Position numbers and translations under genes: made by a program
Notes under the pieces: model-generated
Database searches by the model: none
What the model was told of the DNA's origin: nothing
What the model saw: the letters and a program-made list of their open reading frames with translations, nothing else
Assembly (NCBI GenBank): GCA_965248835.1
Contig: CBDFLJ010000001.1
Location: 2,176,001-2,240,000, forward strand
Reading direction: 5' to 3'
DNA: 64,000 nucleotides
Origin: Alphaproteobacteria bacterium
Lineage (GTDB): Bacteria; Pseudomonadota; Alphaproteobacteria; MPNO01
Shown here: piece after piece, positions 23,023-33,866 of the stretch
How the letters are laid out: each line of letters opens with the position of its first letter
How positions within the stretch are numbered: the first letter of the stretch is position 1

Positions 23023-24252
23023 ATGGCGAACATTTCACCGCTCGCGCCGGATCGGTTCCCGGCGCTTGCCCCCGTCCCCGGGGTCCGGCTTGCCACGGGC
23101 TCCAGCGGGCTGCGCCATGCCGGCCGCGACGACCTGCTGCTGGTCGCGCTCGATCCGGGGACGACGCTCGCCGGCGTGACGACACGCTCTCGCACTGCGG
23201 CCGCGCCGGTTCGGTGGACCCGCGAGGTCCTGGCCCGGGGCCGCGCCGGCGCCCTGGTGGTCAATGCCGGCAATGCGAACGCGTTCACCGGCCGGTACGG
23301 TACGGCCACGATCGCGCGTACCGTCGAAGGCGCCACTTCGCTGCTCGGCTGCCCGGGCGAGCACGTCGCGGTCGCATCGACCGGGGTGATCGGCGAGCGG
23401 CTCGACGGAGCACGGATCGCCGCCGCCCTGCCCGACCTGTCGCGGCGGCTTTCGCCCGGAGGCTGGAAGGCGGCGGCGGATGCCATCCGGACCACCGACA
23501 CATTCGCCAAGGGTGCCGGCGCGACCGCCGAGATCGGCGGCAAGCGGGTCACCATCAGCGGTATCGCCAAGGGCTCGGGCATGATCGCCCCGGACATGGC
23601 GACGATGCTGGCCTTCGTGTTCACCGACGCGGTGCTGGACGCACCGGTCCTCGACCGGCTGCTGCGCGCGGCGGCAGACGCGTCGTTCAACGCGATCACC
23701 GTCGACGGCGATACATCGACCAGCGACATGGCGCTCCTGTTTGCGACCGGCCGGGCGGGGAATCCGGCGATCGCCGACTGGCGGGACGCCAGGCTGCGGC
23801 CGTTCAGGAAGGCGCTGGGCGAGGTCTGCAAGGCGCTTGCCCATCTCATCGTCCGCGACGGCGAGGGCGCGACCAGGTTCGTCACGATCGCGGTCAGCGG
23901 CGCGGCGTCCGCCCGCGCGGCGCGGCGTATCGGCCTTGCGGTCGCCAACTCGCCCCTGGTCAAGACCGCGATCGCCGGCGGCGACGCCAACTGGGGCCGG
24001 GTGGTGATGGCCGTCGGCAAGGCAGGCGAGCGGATCGACCCGGATGCGCTGGCGATCTCCATGGGCGGGGTGCAGATCACCAGGGGCGGCGCGGTGATCG
24101 CGGGTTACGACGAAGTTCCGGTCACCGCCCACCTCGCCGGCGCCGAGATCTCGATCGGTATCGATGTCGGCGTCGGGCGCGGCCGGGCGGTGGTCTGGAC
24201 CTGCGATCTGACCCACGGCTATATCGACATCAATGCCGACTACCGAAGCTGA
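23023..24252 (+). CDS. argJ: Ornithine acetyltransferase / N-acetylglutamate synthase
   Basis: NAGNANAFTG, TTDTFAK, KGSGMIAPDMATML, DGDTSTSD, YIDINADYRS. Confidence 0.96.
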   Translation: MANISPLAPDRFPALAPVPGVRLATGSSGLRHAGRDDLLLVALDPGTTLAGVTTRSRTAAAPVRWTREVLARGRAGALVVNAGNANAFTGRYGTATIARTVEGATSLLGCPGEHVAVASTGVIGERLDGARIAAALPDLSRRLSPGGWKAAADAIRTTDTFAKGAGATAEIGGKRVTISGIAKGSGMIAPDMATMLAFVFTDAVLDAPVLDRLLRAAADASFNAITVDGDTSTSDMALLFATGRAGNPAIADWRDARLRPFRKALGEVCKALAHLIVRDGEGATRFVTIAVSGAASARAARRIGLAVANSPLVKTAIAGGDANWGRVVMAVGKAGERIDPDALAISMGGVQITRGGAVIAGYDEVPVTAHLAGAEISIGIDVGVGRGRAVVWTCDLTHGYIDINADYRS

Positions 24253-24652
24253 ACCGCCGATGGTGCTGGTCGCCGCGGCCGCGCTGATCGATCAGGACGG
24301 CCGCGTCCTGATCGCCCGCCGCCCCGAGGGCAAGGCGATGGCCGGGCTGTGGGAATTCCCCGGCGGCAAGGTCGCGGCCGGCGAGACGCCCGAGGCCGCC
24401 CTGATCCGCGAGCTCGCCGAGGAGCTCGGCATCGACGTCACCGAGCGCTGTCTGGCGCCCTTCACCTTCGCCTCCCACGCCTACGAGACCTTCCATCTCC
24501 TGATGCCGCTCTATGTCTGCCGGGTGTGGGAAGGCTCGGTCACCCCGCGGGAGGGCCAGGCGCTGAAATGGGTCCGGCCAATGCGGCTCGGCGACTACGA
24601 GATGCCGCCGGCCGACAGGCCGCTGGTCGCAATGCTGCGGGATCTGCTGTGA
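24233..24652 (+). CDS. mutT: 8-oxo-dGTP diphosphatase (Nudix)
   Basis: GLWEFPGGKV...ALIRELAEELG Nudix box; start 24233 or 24260. Confidence 0.9.
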   Translation: MPTTEAEPPMVLVAAAALIDQDGRVLIARRPEGKAMAGLWEFPGGKVAAGETPEAALIRELAEELGIDVTERCLAPFTFASHAYETFHLLMPLYVCRVWEGSVTPREGQALKWVRPMRLGDYEMPPADRPLVAMLRDLL

Positions 24653-25899
24653 ACGGCGCCTCGGCGCGCGCCTGGTCGATCGTCGCCATGACGTTCTGTG
24701 CTCTGGGCCTGACCTTCGCCTCGCGCTCTTCGGTCGGCGTGCTGATCCCGACCTGGGAGGCCGAGCTCGGCTGGGCGCGGGCCGTCAGCTCGACCGGCAG
24801 CTCGCTGGTGCTGGTCGTCATGGCGGTCGCCTCGCCCTTGGCCGGCAACCTGATCGACCGGTTCGGTCCGCGCGGCGTGATGGCCGGCGGGCTGGCGATC
24901 GTCAGCGCAGCGATCCTCGCGACCTCGGCAATCTCGCTCGAATGGCAGTTCCTGGTACTGTTCGGGCTCATCGGCGGCATCGGGTACGGCGCGGTCTCGC
25001 TGCCGCTGGTGGTCACGATGATGGCGCAGATCTTCGATCGCCACCGGGGCATGGCGACCGGGATCGCGATCTCGGGCTCGACGGCAGGCCAGCTTCCGGC
25101 GCTTACGCTGCTGGCGCTCCTGATCGGTGCCTGGGGTTGGCGCGGCGCCTATGTGAGCTTCGGCCTGGCGATCCTGGCGATGGTACCGCTGACCTGGGCG
25201 CTGCTCGGAGCCTCGGCGGCGGCACGCAAACGGCGGGCGGCCGTGCCCGAGGGTGCGCAGGTCTCAGCCGACATGCCGCTTGCCGCCAAGATCGGCTTCT
25301 TGATGCGCAACCGGACCTTCGTGCTGTTGCTGACTGCCTTCTGGCTGTGCGGGTTTACCACCGCGGGGGTCTTCGACGTCCACTTCGTGCCCTATGCGGT
25401 GAGCTGCGGCTTTGCGCTGGTCGACGGGACCGCGGCGCACGGTGTCCACGGCGTCGGCAACATGCTGGGCCTGATCCTGTTCGGCTGGCTGACCGACCGG
25501 GTCCATCGCGCCCGGTTGCTGGCGGCGATGTTCGCCGCCCGGGCATTGCTGTTCGTGATGCTGCTCGAGGTCGCCGGCAACATCGAACTCCTGTTCTTCT
25601 TCGCGCTGGCCTTCGGGATCCTCAACTTCTCGACCCTGCCGCCGATCGCCAGCCTTGTCGCAAGCCACATCGGGGTCAGGATCATGGGCTTGACGATGGG
25701 CCTCCTGTTCGGCGGGCATTCGATGGGAGCGGCAATCGGGGCGTTCTTCGGCGGCTACATGTTCGACCTGATGGCGCGCTACGAATGGGTCTGGTTGACC
25801 TCTATCGGGCTGGCGCTCCTGGCCGCCGTCTTCGCCATCCTGATCAGGGAAGAGCCCGACGGAGACCACCCGCGCTGGGGCGTCGCGGTGCCGGCCTGA
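24649..25899 (+). CDS. MFS transporter
   Basis: GNLIDRFGPR and GWLTDRVHR motif A copies, about 12 hydrophobic segments; GTG overlaps mutT stop. Confidence 0.88.
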   Translation: MNGASARAWSIVAMTFCALGLTFASRSSVGVLIPTWEAELGWARAVSSTGSSLVLVVMAVASPLAGNLIDRFGPRGVMAGGLAIVSAAILATSAISLEWQFLVLFGLIGGIGYGAVSLPLVVTMMAQIFDRHRGMATGIAISGSTAGQLPALTLLALLIGAWGWRGAYVSFGLAILAMVPLTWALLGASAAARKRRAAVPEGAQVSADMPLAAKIGFLMRNRTFVLLLTAFWLCGFTTAGVFDVHFVPYAVSCGFALVDGTAAHGVHGVGNMLGLILFGWLTDRVHRARLLAAMFAARALLFVMLLEVAGNIELLFFFALAFGILNFSTLPPIASLVASHIGVRIMGLTMGLLFGGHSMGAAIGAFFGGYMFDLMARYEWVWLTSIGLALLAAVFAILIREEPDGDHPRWGVAVPA

Positions 25900-25995
25900 A
25901 GCATGCCCGGGACACGCCGGGCCGGCCTTGCGGTTGCCCGCGAAATGGCGGCGCGATAGGTATTCGCACCGCCGATCATGTCCGGGGGACTGCAG

Positions 25996-26430
25996 ATGCC
26001 CGACGCGAAGCCGTTTTTCACCAACATCCATGAGGCGCCGACGCGCCGGATGAAGCTCGGCCGCGGCACCGGCATCAAGCTCATCAACCCCGAGACCGGC
26101 TGCCGCAAAGTCGACGTCCACATCAACATCATCAACGACGACAGCGGCCCCGGGGAGGTTCACTTCCACGAAAACGCCGACAACGTCTACATCGTCCTGG
26201 AGGGCGTTCTGGAAGTCGTCGCCGAGGGCAGGCGACACCTCCTGAAGAAGGACGACGTCGGCTATGTCCCGGCCGGGGTGGTCCACACCGCCGGCAGCGC
26301 GGGCGGGCACGGCCCCACCCGTGTCATCGAGATCTATGCGCCCGGCGGCTATGACTTCCACGAGGTCGAAAGCTTCGAAAACCCGGTGGAGGTCAATTCG
26401 CCGACCGAGAGGCGAGTGCCATGTATCTGA
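25996..26430 (+). CDS. Cupin domain protein
   Basis: HFHENADNVYIVLEG...VPAGVVH. Confidence 0.85.
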   Translation: MPDAKPFFTNIHEAPTRRMKLGRGTGIKLINPETGCRKVDVHINIINDDSGPGEVHFHENADNVYIVLEGVLEVVAEGRRHLLKKDDVGYVPAGVVHTAGSAGGHGPTRVIEIYAPGGYDFHEVESFENPVEVNSPTERRVPCI

Positions 26431-27452
26431 GGAACACTTGGTATTGCGCCGCCGTTTCGGCAGAACTCGGCCGCACACCGCTCGGCCGCACTTTCCTGGG
26501 CGAGCCGGTCGCGATGTACCGCACTACTGACGGCACGCCGGTCGCGTTCGAGGACCGCTGCCGCCACCGCCGCGCGCCGCTTTCGAAGGGCCGGGTCGAG
26601 GGCGATCGGCTGCGCTGCGGCTATCACGGCTTCCTCTATGACGCGACGGGGGCGTGCATCTGGGTGCCGGGCCAGGCCGGCGTGCCGCCGGGGGCACGCC
26701 TGCGCACCTATCCGCTGTGCGAACGGCACGGCTTTGTCTGGATCTGGATGGGTGACACGGCGCTCGCCGGCGACGCCACGGTCCCCGACTTCCGCTGGAA
26801 CGATGACCCGGAATGGACGGCGGTCAGGGGCTATCTCCCGGTCGCGTGCGGCTACCTGCTGCTGGTCGACAACCTTCTGGATCTGTCGCATCTCGCATTC
26901 CTGCACATCAAGACGATCGGCAGCACCGAGGACACCGATCCGGAGCTGCGCTGGGACCGCGGGGCAGGCTTCGTGCGCGGCACGCGGGTGGCCCCGAACC
27001 TGTCGCCGTCTTCGCGCATGCGGGGCGAAGGCATCACCTGCAACGTCGACCAGGTCAAGGTGATGACCTACACCCCGCCGGCGAATGTCGTGATCGAAAT
27101 CACGACCACAGAGGCCGGCCTCGAGCCGGGCGCGCTGCCCAGGGTGAACCAGCGCCTGATCATCCTTGACGCCATGACGCCCGAGACCGAGACGAGCTGT
27201 CACTACTTCTGGGGCGGCTGCCGCGACTACGACACCGACGACGATGCGCTGACCGCGTTCCTGCAAGAACGGTTCGTGGAGGCATTCATGGAAGACACGG
27301 ACATGCTTGCTGCTGAGCAGCACATCATCGACCTCGACCCGACCGCGCCGCAGGTCGACGTGATCGGCGACGCGGGCGGGCTGCAGGCGCGCAGACTGCT
27401 CGAAGGGCTAATCGCCGAAGAGGGCAAGGAGCGGATCGCGGCCGCCGAATAG
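26421..27452 (+). CDS. Rieske non-heme iron oxygenase alpha subunit (VanA-like demethylase)
   Basis: DRCRHRRAPLS...CGYHG Rieske ligands; NLLDLSHLAFLH mononuclear Fe site. Confidence 0.9.
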   Translation: MYLRNTWYCAAVSAELGRTPLGRTFLGEPVAMYRTTDGTPVAFEDRCRHRRAPLSKGRVEGDRLRCGYHGFLYDATGACIWVPGQAGVPPGARLRTYPLCERHGFVWIWMGDTALAGDATVPDFRWNDDPEWTAVRGYLPVACGYLLLVDNLLDLSHLAFLHIKTIGSTEDTDPELRWDRGAGFVRGTRVAPNLSPSSRMRGEGITCNVDQVKVMTYTPPANVVIEITTTEAGLEPGALPRVNQRLIILDAMTPETETSCHYFWGGCRDYDTDDDALTAFLQERFVEAFMEDTDMLAAEQHIIDLDPTAPQVDVIGDAGGLQARRLLEGLIAEEGKERIAAAE

Positions 27453-27616
27453 CGCCACGGCATCGTCTGCCGAAAAAGGGCCTCGGGATGCACGCGGACA
27501 GGGCCGACGCGATCCGATTGGAACACGCAAGGCGCCTTGATCGCCGGACCACGCCGGAGACGTGCCCGAAAGGCCCGACAACCCGCCGCGCTGCAGCGCC
27601 TTTCTCGGCGGGCGGG

Positions 27617-28321
27617 TCAATCGGCGAACGGCGCCAGCGCGGCCAGAAATTGCTCGGCGCTTGCCCGCCAGGAGAAGCGTTCCGCATAGGCCCGGCAGAC
27701 ATCGAGTGAAACCGTCAGCGCCGCGGCGACCGCACGCCCGAGATCGTCATCGAGACAACCCACCGCATGTCCGGCGATGACGTCGCGCGGCCCGGGCACC
27801 GGATAGGCGGCGGCCAACGCCTCACCGGTCTTGACGCCGAGAAACCGGGTCTGCGGGTATTGCCTCCGGAGCGAGGCAAGCTGCGGACCCTCACCCACGA
27901 CGTGCTTGGTCCCCGGAGAATCCAGCGCCAGGAAGTCCTCGATGTTCTTCTCCACGGCGACGCGTCCGACATAGAGCTGGATCGGGCGGGCATCGGCGGT
28001 GCCGTTCCTGGGCCGGGGGCGAAAAAGCGCCAGATCGACGCCGCGCGACCAGATTGCGGTTTCCCCGAAGCCGCGCGCGGACAGGTCCGCGGCGAGCGTT
28101 CCGGTCGCGACCATCATTCGGACCGCCGGCCTGTGGAACCGCCGGATGACGGCGTAGCTCCATGCGACCGGCAGCCGGCAGCGGGCATGGACGTATTCGG
28201 GGAACCGCGTGTGAAAGGATGTCGTGAAAGGCAGGCCGCGGGCCAGGCTGTACGAACGCGCGGCCCAGCCCAACGGCCCTTCCGTGGCGATATGGATCGC
28301 TTCAGGGGCGAATGCATCGAT
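27617..28321 (-). pseudogene. GT4 glycosyltransferase (Agt-like), N-terminally truncated with internal deletion
   Basis: IHIATEGPLGW, TTSFHTRFPEY, YVGRVAVEKNI present; no start; segment between ALAAAY and PVPGP missing. Confidence 0.8.
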
Positions 28322-28990
28322 CCAGCGAGGCGGCGCTCGCGGCTTCTCCGCCGATCTCTGGAAGCCCTGGCCGCGATGGGCTGCAGGGTCGATGTCGCCG
28401 TCGCGGTCGCCGGCGGCAACGGCACCATCAGCGAAGCGGTCAACGGGCTTGGCCGCGGCGCACCCCCGATCGGGATCATCCCGTTGGGCACCGCCAACGT
28501 CCTTGCGATCGAGGTCGGCCTGCCGGTCCGAGCCGGCACGATCGCGGCGACGATCGCCAACGGCGAGGCCACACCGGTGACGACCGGTCTGGTCAACGAC
28601 CGGCGTTTCATCCTGATGGCGGGGATCGGCCTGGATGCCAGCGTCGTGGAGACAATCGACCTGGCGCGCAAGCGGCGGCTCGGCAAGATGGCCTATGTCT
28701 GGCAGGCACTCCGCGAAGGCCTGCGCTATCCTTTCCCGCGGTTCGATGTCGAGATCGATGGACGCCGCATCGTCGCGCCGTCCCTGATCGTCGCCAACGG
28801 GCGGCATTATGCCGGCTCTTTCGTGTGCGCACCCGATGCCGGGCTCGAACGCGACAGGCTGGAGGCGTGCGCCTTCACGCGGTTCGGCGCCGTCAACGCC
28901 TTGCGCTACGGACTGGCCCTGACGAGCGGGCTGCCCGCCCGCCTGCCGGACGTCGTGATCCAGCCGGCGGCGCGGATCGCCCTCCGTCGG
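28316..28990 (+). pseudogene. Diacylglycerol/lipid kinase family, eroded
   Basis: VAGGNGTISEAVNG (GGDG to GGNG), IIPLGTANVLA, FILMAGIGLDA, VANGRHYAG; start and C-terminus missing. Confidence 0.72.
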
Positions 28991-29019
28991 CTGTCATCAA
29001 AGTTTCACAAAAATTTCAT
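28991..29019 (+). promoter_or_regulatory. Pho box, three half-sites upstream of pstS
   Basis: CTGTCAT (28991), GTTTCAC (29002), ATTTCAT (29013) at 11-bp spacing with A-rich 4-nt linkers. Confidence 0.85.
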
Positions 29020-29124
29020 TCCCATGACGCCCGCGGGGTGTAGCGGATAGGGACTTCGAAGCGGCGAGGGAATGGATCGCCGCCCGGCGGAGATCTCAGA
29101 CCTCACACCGATGACGGAGACATC

Positions 29125-30165
29125 ATGAACAGAATTGCGTTGCTGGCGGCGACCGCTTTGGCGTCGCTCGCACTCGTCTCGGGCGCCCAGGCGCGCGATC
29201 AGATCAGGATCGTCGGCTCCTCGACGGTCTTCCCCTTTGCCACGACGGTCGCGGAGACCTTCGGCAAATCGACCGACTTCAAGACTCCGGTGGTCGAAAG
29301 CACCGGTTCCGGAGGCGGGCTGAAACTGTTCTGCTCGGGCCTCGGCGTCAGACATCCCGACATCACCAACGCCTCGCGCCGAATCAAGAAGTCCGAGGTC
29401 GAGCGCTGCGCCAAGAACGGCATCCGCGCGATCACCGAGATCAAAATCGGCTATGACGGAATCGTGCTTGCCAACGCGAAGTCGGTCCCGCAGGCGAACA
29501 TCTCGCTGAAGCAGCTCTTCCTCGCGCTGGCCAAGACCGTGCCGGCGAACGCCGATGGCTCGATGCTTCGGGAGAACCCCTACCGGATGTGGTCGGACAT
29601 CGATCCCGCGCTGCCGAAAAAGAAGATCGAGGTGCTGGGACCGCCGCCGACCTCGGGCACACGCGATGCGTTTGTCGAGGTCGCCATGGAGGGCGGGTGC
29701 AAGACCTTCCCCGCCATCAAGGCGATGAAGAAGGCCAACAAAAAGAAGTACAAGGCCCTGTGCCACGGCATCCGTGAGGACGGCGCCTTCATCGAGGCGG
29801 GCGAGAACGACGTCCTGATCGTCCAGAAGCTCGTCGCCAACCCGAATGCCTTCGGGATCTTCGGCTACAGCTTCCTGGACTCCAACACCGACCGCGTCCA
29901 GGGCACGGTGGTGAACGGCGTCGCGCCGGAGTTCGAGACGATCTCGTCGGGCAAGTACCCGGTCTCGCGCTCGATGTACTTCTACGTCAAGCAGGCCCAT
30001 GTGGGCGTCATCCCCGGCATCAAGGAGTATGTCTCGGAGTTCACCAGCGAGCGTGCCTGGGGGCCCGACGGCTATCTGGTGGACAAGGGGCTGATCCCGC
30101 TGTCCGACGCCGACCGCAAGAAGATCCGCGCGGCGGCGATGAGCGGCGCCAAGCTGTCCATGTAG
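29125..30165 (+). CDS. pstS: Phosphate ABC transporter substrate-binding protein
   Basis: Signal peptide, IRIVGSSTVFPF, STGSGGG, GPPPTSGTRD. Confidence 0.95.
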   Translation: MNRIALLAATALASLALVSGAQARDQIRIVGSSTVFPFATTVAETFGKSTDFKTPVVESTGSGGGLKLFCSGLGVRHPDITNASRRIKKSEVERCAKNGIRAITEIKIGYDGIVLANAKSVPQANISLKQLFLALAKTVPANADGSMLRENPYRMWSDIDPALPKKKIEVLGPPPTSGTRDAFVEVAMEGGCKTFPAIKAMKKANKKKYKALCHGIREDGAFIEAGENDVLIVQKLVANPNAFGIFGYSFLDSNTDRVQGTVVNGVAPEFETISSGKYPVSRSMYFYVKQAHVGVIPGIKEYVSEFTSERAWGPDGYLVDKGLIPLSDADRKKIRAAAMSGAKLSM

Positions 30166-30254
30166 CCGGATAATTCCGTGCGCCGGTCGGTAAAGCCTGC
30201 CGGCCGGCGCACACATTTGTGGTATTGCTGCGCACGGCGGTCGGACCGGACCAG

Positions 30255-31637
30255 ATGTCACCCATAACGCTCATCTTCGTCCTCGGCGGGCTGACGATCT
30301 TCAGCTTCTATTTCGGCCGGCGCCGGGCCTTCGTCCTTGCCGGCGGAAGACCGCGCGACTTGCATTCGCGTCCGAGCTATTACGGCCTTTACGTCGCGCT
30401 GTGGTGCGCCATTCCGGCGCTTGCGATCGCCATTTTGTGGCTGGTGCTCCAGCCGGCGCTGACCGAAAGCCTGATCATCGCAGCGCTTCCGGAAACCAAG
30501 CAAAACCTGCCGGCCGACCGGATGTCCCTGCTGCTCAACGACATTCGCAATGTCGCCTCCGGCAGCATCGCAAGCGATGCGCGCGATCCCGACGTCCAGG
30601 CCGCCGCCAGACACCTGGCCAGGCTGACCGCGACCGGGCACACGGCGCTGTTCGCCGTCGGCATCGCGGTCGCCGTCATCGGGCTCGCGTTCGCCCGCCG
30701 GAGGGTCTCGCTATCGCTGCGCGCGCGCAACCAGGTCGAGCGCGTGGTCAACGTGCTGCTGATCGCGTGTTCCTCGATCGCGATCCTGACCACGATCGGC
30801 ATCGTCCTGTCGCTGGTTTTCGAATCGATCCGGTTCTTCGGCGAGGTGCCGTTCTTCGACTTCCTGTTCGGCCTGGAATGGAGCCCGCAGACCGCGCTCC
30901 GCGCCGACCAGGTCGGCTCGACGGGCGCGTTCGGCGCGATCCCGCTGTTCGCCGGTACATTGCTGATTACCCTGATCGCGATGTTGATCGCCGTGCCGGT
31001 GGGCCTGCTTTCGGCGATCTATCTGTCGGATTACGCCGACCATAGGGTGCGCAGCGTGATCAAGCCGCTGGTAGAAATTCTGGCCGGCATCCCGACGGTG
31101 GTCTACGGCTTCTTCGCAGCGCTGACGGTTGCACCGCAGCTTCGCGGGCTGGGCGAAGCCCTTGGCCTGGATGTCGCCTCGGAGAGCGCGCTGGCCGCCG
31201 GTGCGGTCATGGGCATCATGATCATCCCGTTCATCTCATCGTTGTCCGACGACGTGATGAACGCGGTGCCGCAATCGCTGCGCGCCGGCTCGTTCGCCCT
31301 GGGGGCGACGAAGTCCGAGACCATCAAGCGCGTGATCCTGCCGGCGGCCCTGCCGGGGATCTTCGCCGCCTTCCTGCTGGCGGTCAGCCGGGCGATAGGC
31401 GAGACCATGATCGTCGTCATGGCCGCCGGGCTGGCGGCGAATCTGACCGCCAACCCGTTCGAGGCGGTCACCACGGTGACCGTTCAGATCGTCACCCTGC
31501 TGGTCGGCGATCAGGAGTTCGACAGCGCCAAGACGCTCGCCGCCTTCGCGCTCGGTTTGATGCTGTTCTGCATAACCCTGGCGATGAACGTGATCGCACT
31601 TCACGTCGTGCGCAAATACCGGGAACAATATGACTGA
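30255..31637 (+). CDS. pstC: Phosphate ABC transporter permease
   Basis: EILAGIPTVVYGFF, SRAIGETMIV. Confidence 0.95.
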   Translation: MSPITLIFVLGGLTIFSFYFGRRRAFVLAGGRPRDLHSRPSYYGLYVALWCAIPALAIAILWLVLQPALTESLIIAALPETKQNLPADRMSLLLNDIRNVASGSIASDARDPDVQAAARHLARLTATGHTALFAVGIAVAVIGLAFARRRVSLSLRARNQVERVVNVLLIACSSIAILTTIGIVLSLVFESIRFFGEVPFFDFLFGLEWSPQTALRADQVGSTGAFGAIPLFAGTLLITLIAMLIAVPVGLLSAIYLSDYADHRVRSVIKPLVEILAGIPTVVYGFFAALTVAPQLRGLGEALGLDVASESALAAGAVMGIMIIPFISSLSDDVMNAVPQSLRAGSFALGATKSETIKRVILPAALPGIFAAFLLAVSRAIGETMIVVMAAGLAANLTANPFEAVTTVTVQIVTLLVGDQEFDSAKTLAAFALGLMLFCITLAMNVIALHVVRKYREQYD

Positions 31638-32943
31638 AGCCCTGCAGGTGTGGGGATCGGGGAGCGACGGCGGGCAGCTGGCACTCGGCCAGGCGCGCCT
31701 GAGGCGCCGCTACGCCGCGGAACGACGGTTCAAGATCTATGGGATGGTCGCGGTCGCGATCGCGATGGCCGCGCTGCTGTGGCTGCTGATCAGCATCATC
31801 TCCAAGGGCTATAGCGCGTTCACCCAGACCTATCTGAGCCTTGAAGTGAACTTCGACCCGGCCGTGCTGGGGATCTCCGAAGCCTCGTCTGCCCAGGCGC
31901 TGAACCGGGCGAATTTCGGCGGGCTGTACAAGGCCGCGCTGCGCGAAGCGTTTCCGGACGTGCGGGGACGCCGTGCCAAGCGCGCCCTATACGCCCTGCT
32001 CAGCTCCGGCGCCGAGCAGGATCTGCGCGATGCGATCCTGGACGACCCGTCGATCCTGGGCCAGCGCCGGTCGATCTGGTTGACCGCCTCGGACCAGGTC
32101 GACATGCTCATGAAGGGCAATATCGACCGCAAGCTGCCCCAAACCGAACGCCCGGTGAACGACAAGCAGATCGCATGGATCGACAAGCTGGAGTCCACCG
32201 GCGGGGTGGAGCAACGGTTCAACAAGCGGTTCTTCTCCGCCGGCGCCTCACGCGAGCCGGAGCTTGCCGGCATCTGGGGTGCCGTGGTGGGATCGCTGTT
32301 CACGATGCTGGTCACGCTGCTCCTGGCGTTCCCGATCGGTGTCTCCGCAGCGGTCTATCTCGAGGAGTTCGCGCCGCAGAACCGCTGGACCGACTTCATC
32401 GAGGTCAATATCAACAACCTCGCCGCCGTGCCCTCGATCGTTTTCGGGCTTCTCGGGCTGGCGGTGTTCCTCAACGTCTTCGGGGTGCCGCGCTCCGCCC
32501 CGCTAGCCGGCGGCATGGTGCTGGCGCTGATGACGCTGCCCACCATCATCATCGCCACGCGCGCGGCGCTCAATGCGGTGCCGCCCTCGATCCGCGAGGC
32601 GGCGCTCGGGGTGGGCGCGTCCAAGTTCCAGGTCGTCAACCACCACGTGCTGCCGCTGGCGCTGCCCGGCATCCTCACCGGGACGATCATCGGCATGGCC
32701 CAGGCGCTCGGCGAGACCGCCCCGCTGCTGATGATCGGCATGGTCGCCTTCATCGTCGACATTCCGACCAGCCCGGTCAGTGCAGCCACCGTCCTGCCAG
32801 TGCAGATCTTCCTGTGGAGCGACATGCCCGAACGGGCCTTCGTCGAGAAGACCAGCGCCGCGATCATGGTGCTGCTGGCGTTCCTGGTCATCATGAACGC
32901 CTTGGCCATCTTCCTCAGGCGTCGTTTCGAGCGCCGCTGGTAG
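31630..32943 (+). CDS. pstA: Phosphate ABC transporter permease
   Basis: NNLAAVPSIVFGLLG, REAALGVGAS, AQALGETAPL. Confidence 0.95.
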   Translation: MTEALQVWGSGSDGGQLALGQARLRRRYAAERRFKIYGMVAVAIAMAALLWLLISIISKGYSAFTQTYLSLEVNFDPAVLGISEASSAQALNRANFGGLYKAALREAFPDVRGRRAKRALYALLSSGAEQDLRDAILDDPSILGQRRSIWLTASDQVDMLMKGNIDRKLPQTERPVNDKQIAWIDKLESTGGVEQRFNKRFFSAGASREPELAGIWGAVVGSLFTMLVTLLLAFPIGVSAAVYLEEFAPQNRWTDFIEVNINNLAAVPSIVFGLLGLAVFLNVFGVPRSAPLAGGMVLALMTLPTIIIATRAALNAVPPSIREAALGVGASKFQVVNHHVLPLALPGILTGTIIGMAQALGETAPLLMIGMVAFIVDIPTSPVSAATVLPVQIFLWSDMPERAFVEKTSAAIMVLLAFLVIMNALAIFLRRRFERRW

Positions 32944-32971
32944 GCAGGAAATGCATGGGGGGCGGTGAGGA

Positions 32972-33805
32972 ATGAACGATTTGAGCGCGACGGCGAAGCT
33001 CGACTACGGCGCGGATGCGGCCAGCCATGCGGAGCGTCGAAACGCGCCGGCCGTCAAGGTCGAGGCACGCCAAGTCTGCGTCTTCTACGACGACAAGCAG
33101 GCACTCGTTGATGTCGACATCGACATCCCCGAGAATCGGGTCACAGCCCTGATCGGGCCTTCGGGCTGCGGCAAGTCGACGTTCCTGCGCTGCATCAACC
33201 GCATGAACGACGTCATCGACGGCTGCCGCGTCACCGGCACGATCCTGATCGACAGCGTCGACGTCTATGACAGATCCCTCGACGTCGTGCAGCTCCGCGC
33301 CCGGATCGGCATGGTCTTTCAGAAGCCCAACCCGTTTCCCAAGTCGATCTTCGACAACGTCGCCTACGGGCCGCGGATCCACGGCCTGGCCGCGACCCGC
33401 GGCGAGCTCGACGACATCGTCCATTACAGCCTGGAGCGCGCCGGGCTGCTGGAGGAGGTCAAGGACCGGCTGATGGAATCGGGCACCGGCCTGTCCGGCG
33501 GCCAGCAGCAGCGCCTGTGCATCGCCCGCGCGATCGCGATCAGCCCGGAGGTAATTCTGATGGACGAGCCCTGCTCGTCGCTCGATCCGATCGCAACGGC
33601 GCGGATCGAGGAGTTGATCGACGAGTTGCGCGAGAACTTCACCATTGTGATCGTCACCCACTCGATGCAGCAGGCGGCCCGGGTCTCCCAGAAAACCGCC
33701 TTCTTCCATCTCGGCAACCTCATCGAGGTCGGCGCGACCGAGGAGATCTTCACCAACCCCAAGGATGACCGCACCCAGGGTTACATCACCGGGCGGTTCG
33801 GCTGA
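32972..33805 (+). CDS. pstB: Phosphate ABC transporter ATPase
   Basis: [37 protein letters not shown]. Confidence 0.97.
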   Translation: MNDLSATAKLDYGADAASHAERRNAPAVKVEARQVCVFYDDKQALVDVDIDIPENRVTALIGPSGCGKSTFLRCINRMNDVIDGCRVTGTILIDSVDVYDRSLDVVQLRARIGMVFQKPNPFPKSIFDNVAYGPRIHGLAATRGELDDIVHYSLERAGLLEEVKDRLMESGTGLSGGQQQRLCIARAIAISPEVILMDEPCSSLDPIATARIEELIDELRENFTIVIVTHSMQQAARVSQKTAFFHLGNLIEVGATEEIFTNPKDDRTQGYITGRFG

Positions 33806-33866
33806 GGCGATGACCGTTACGCGCGCTTCGGGATCCGAGCAGCTAGACGTTTGAAAGGATCGGGCA

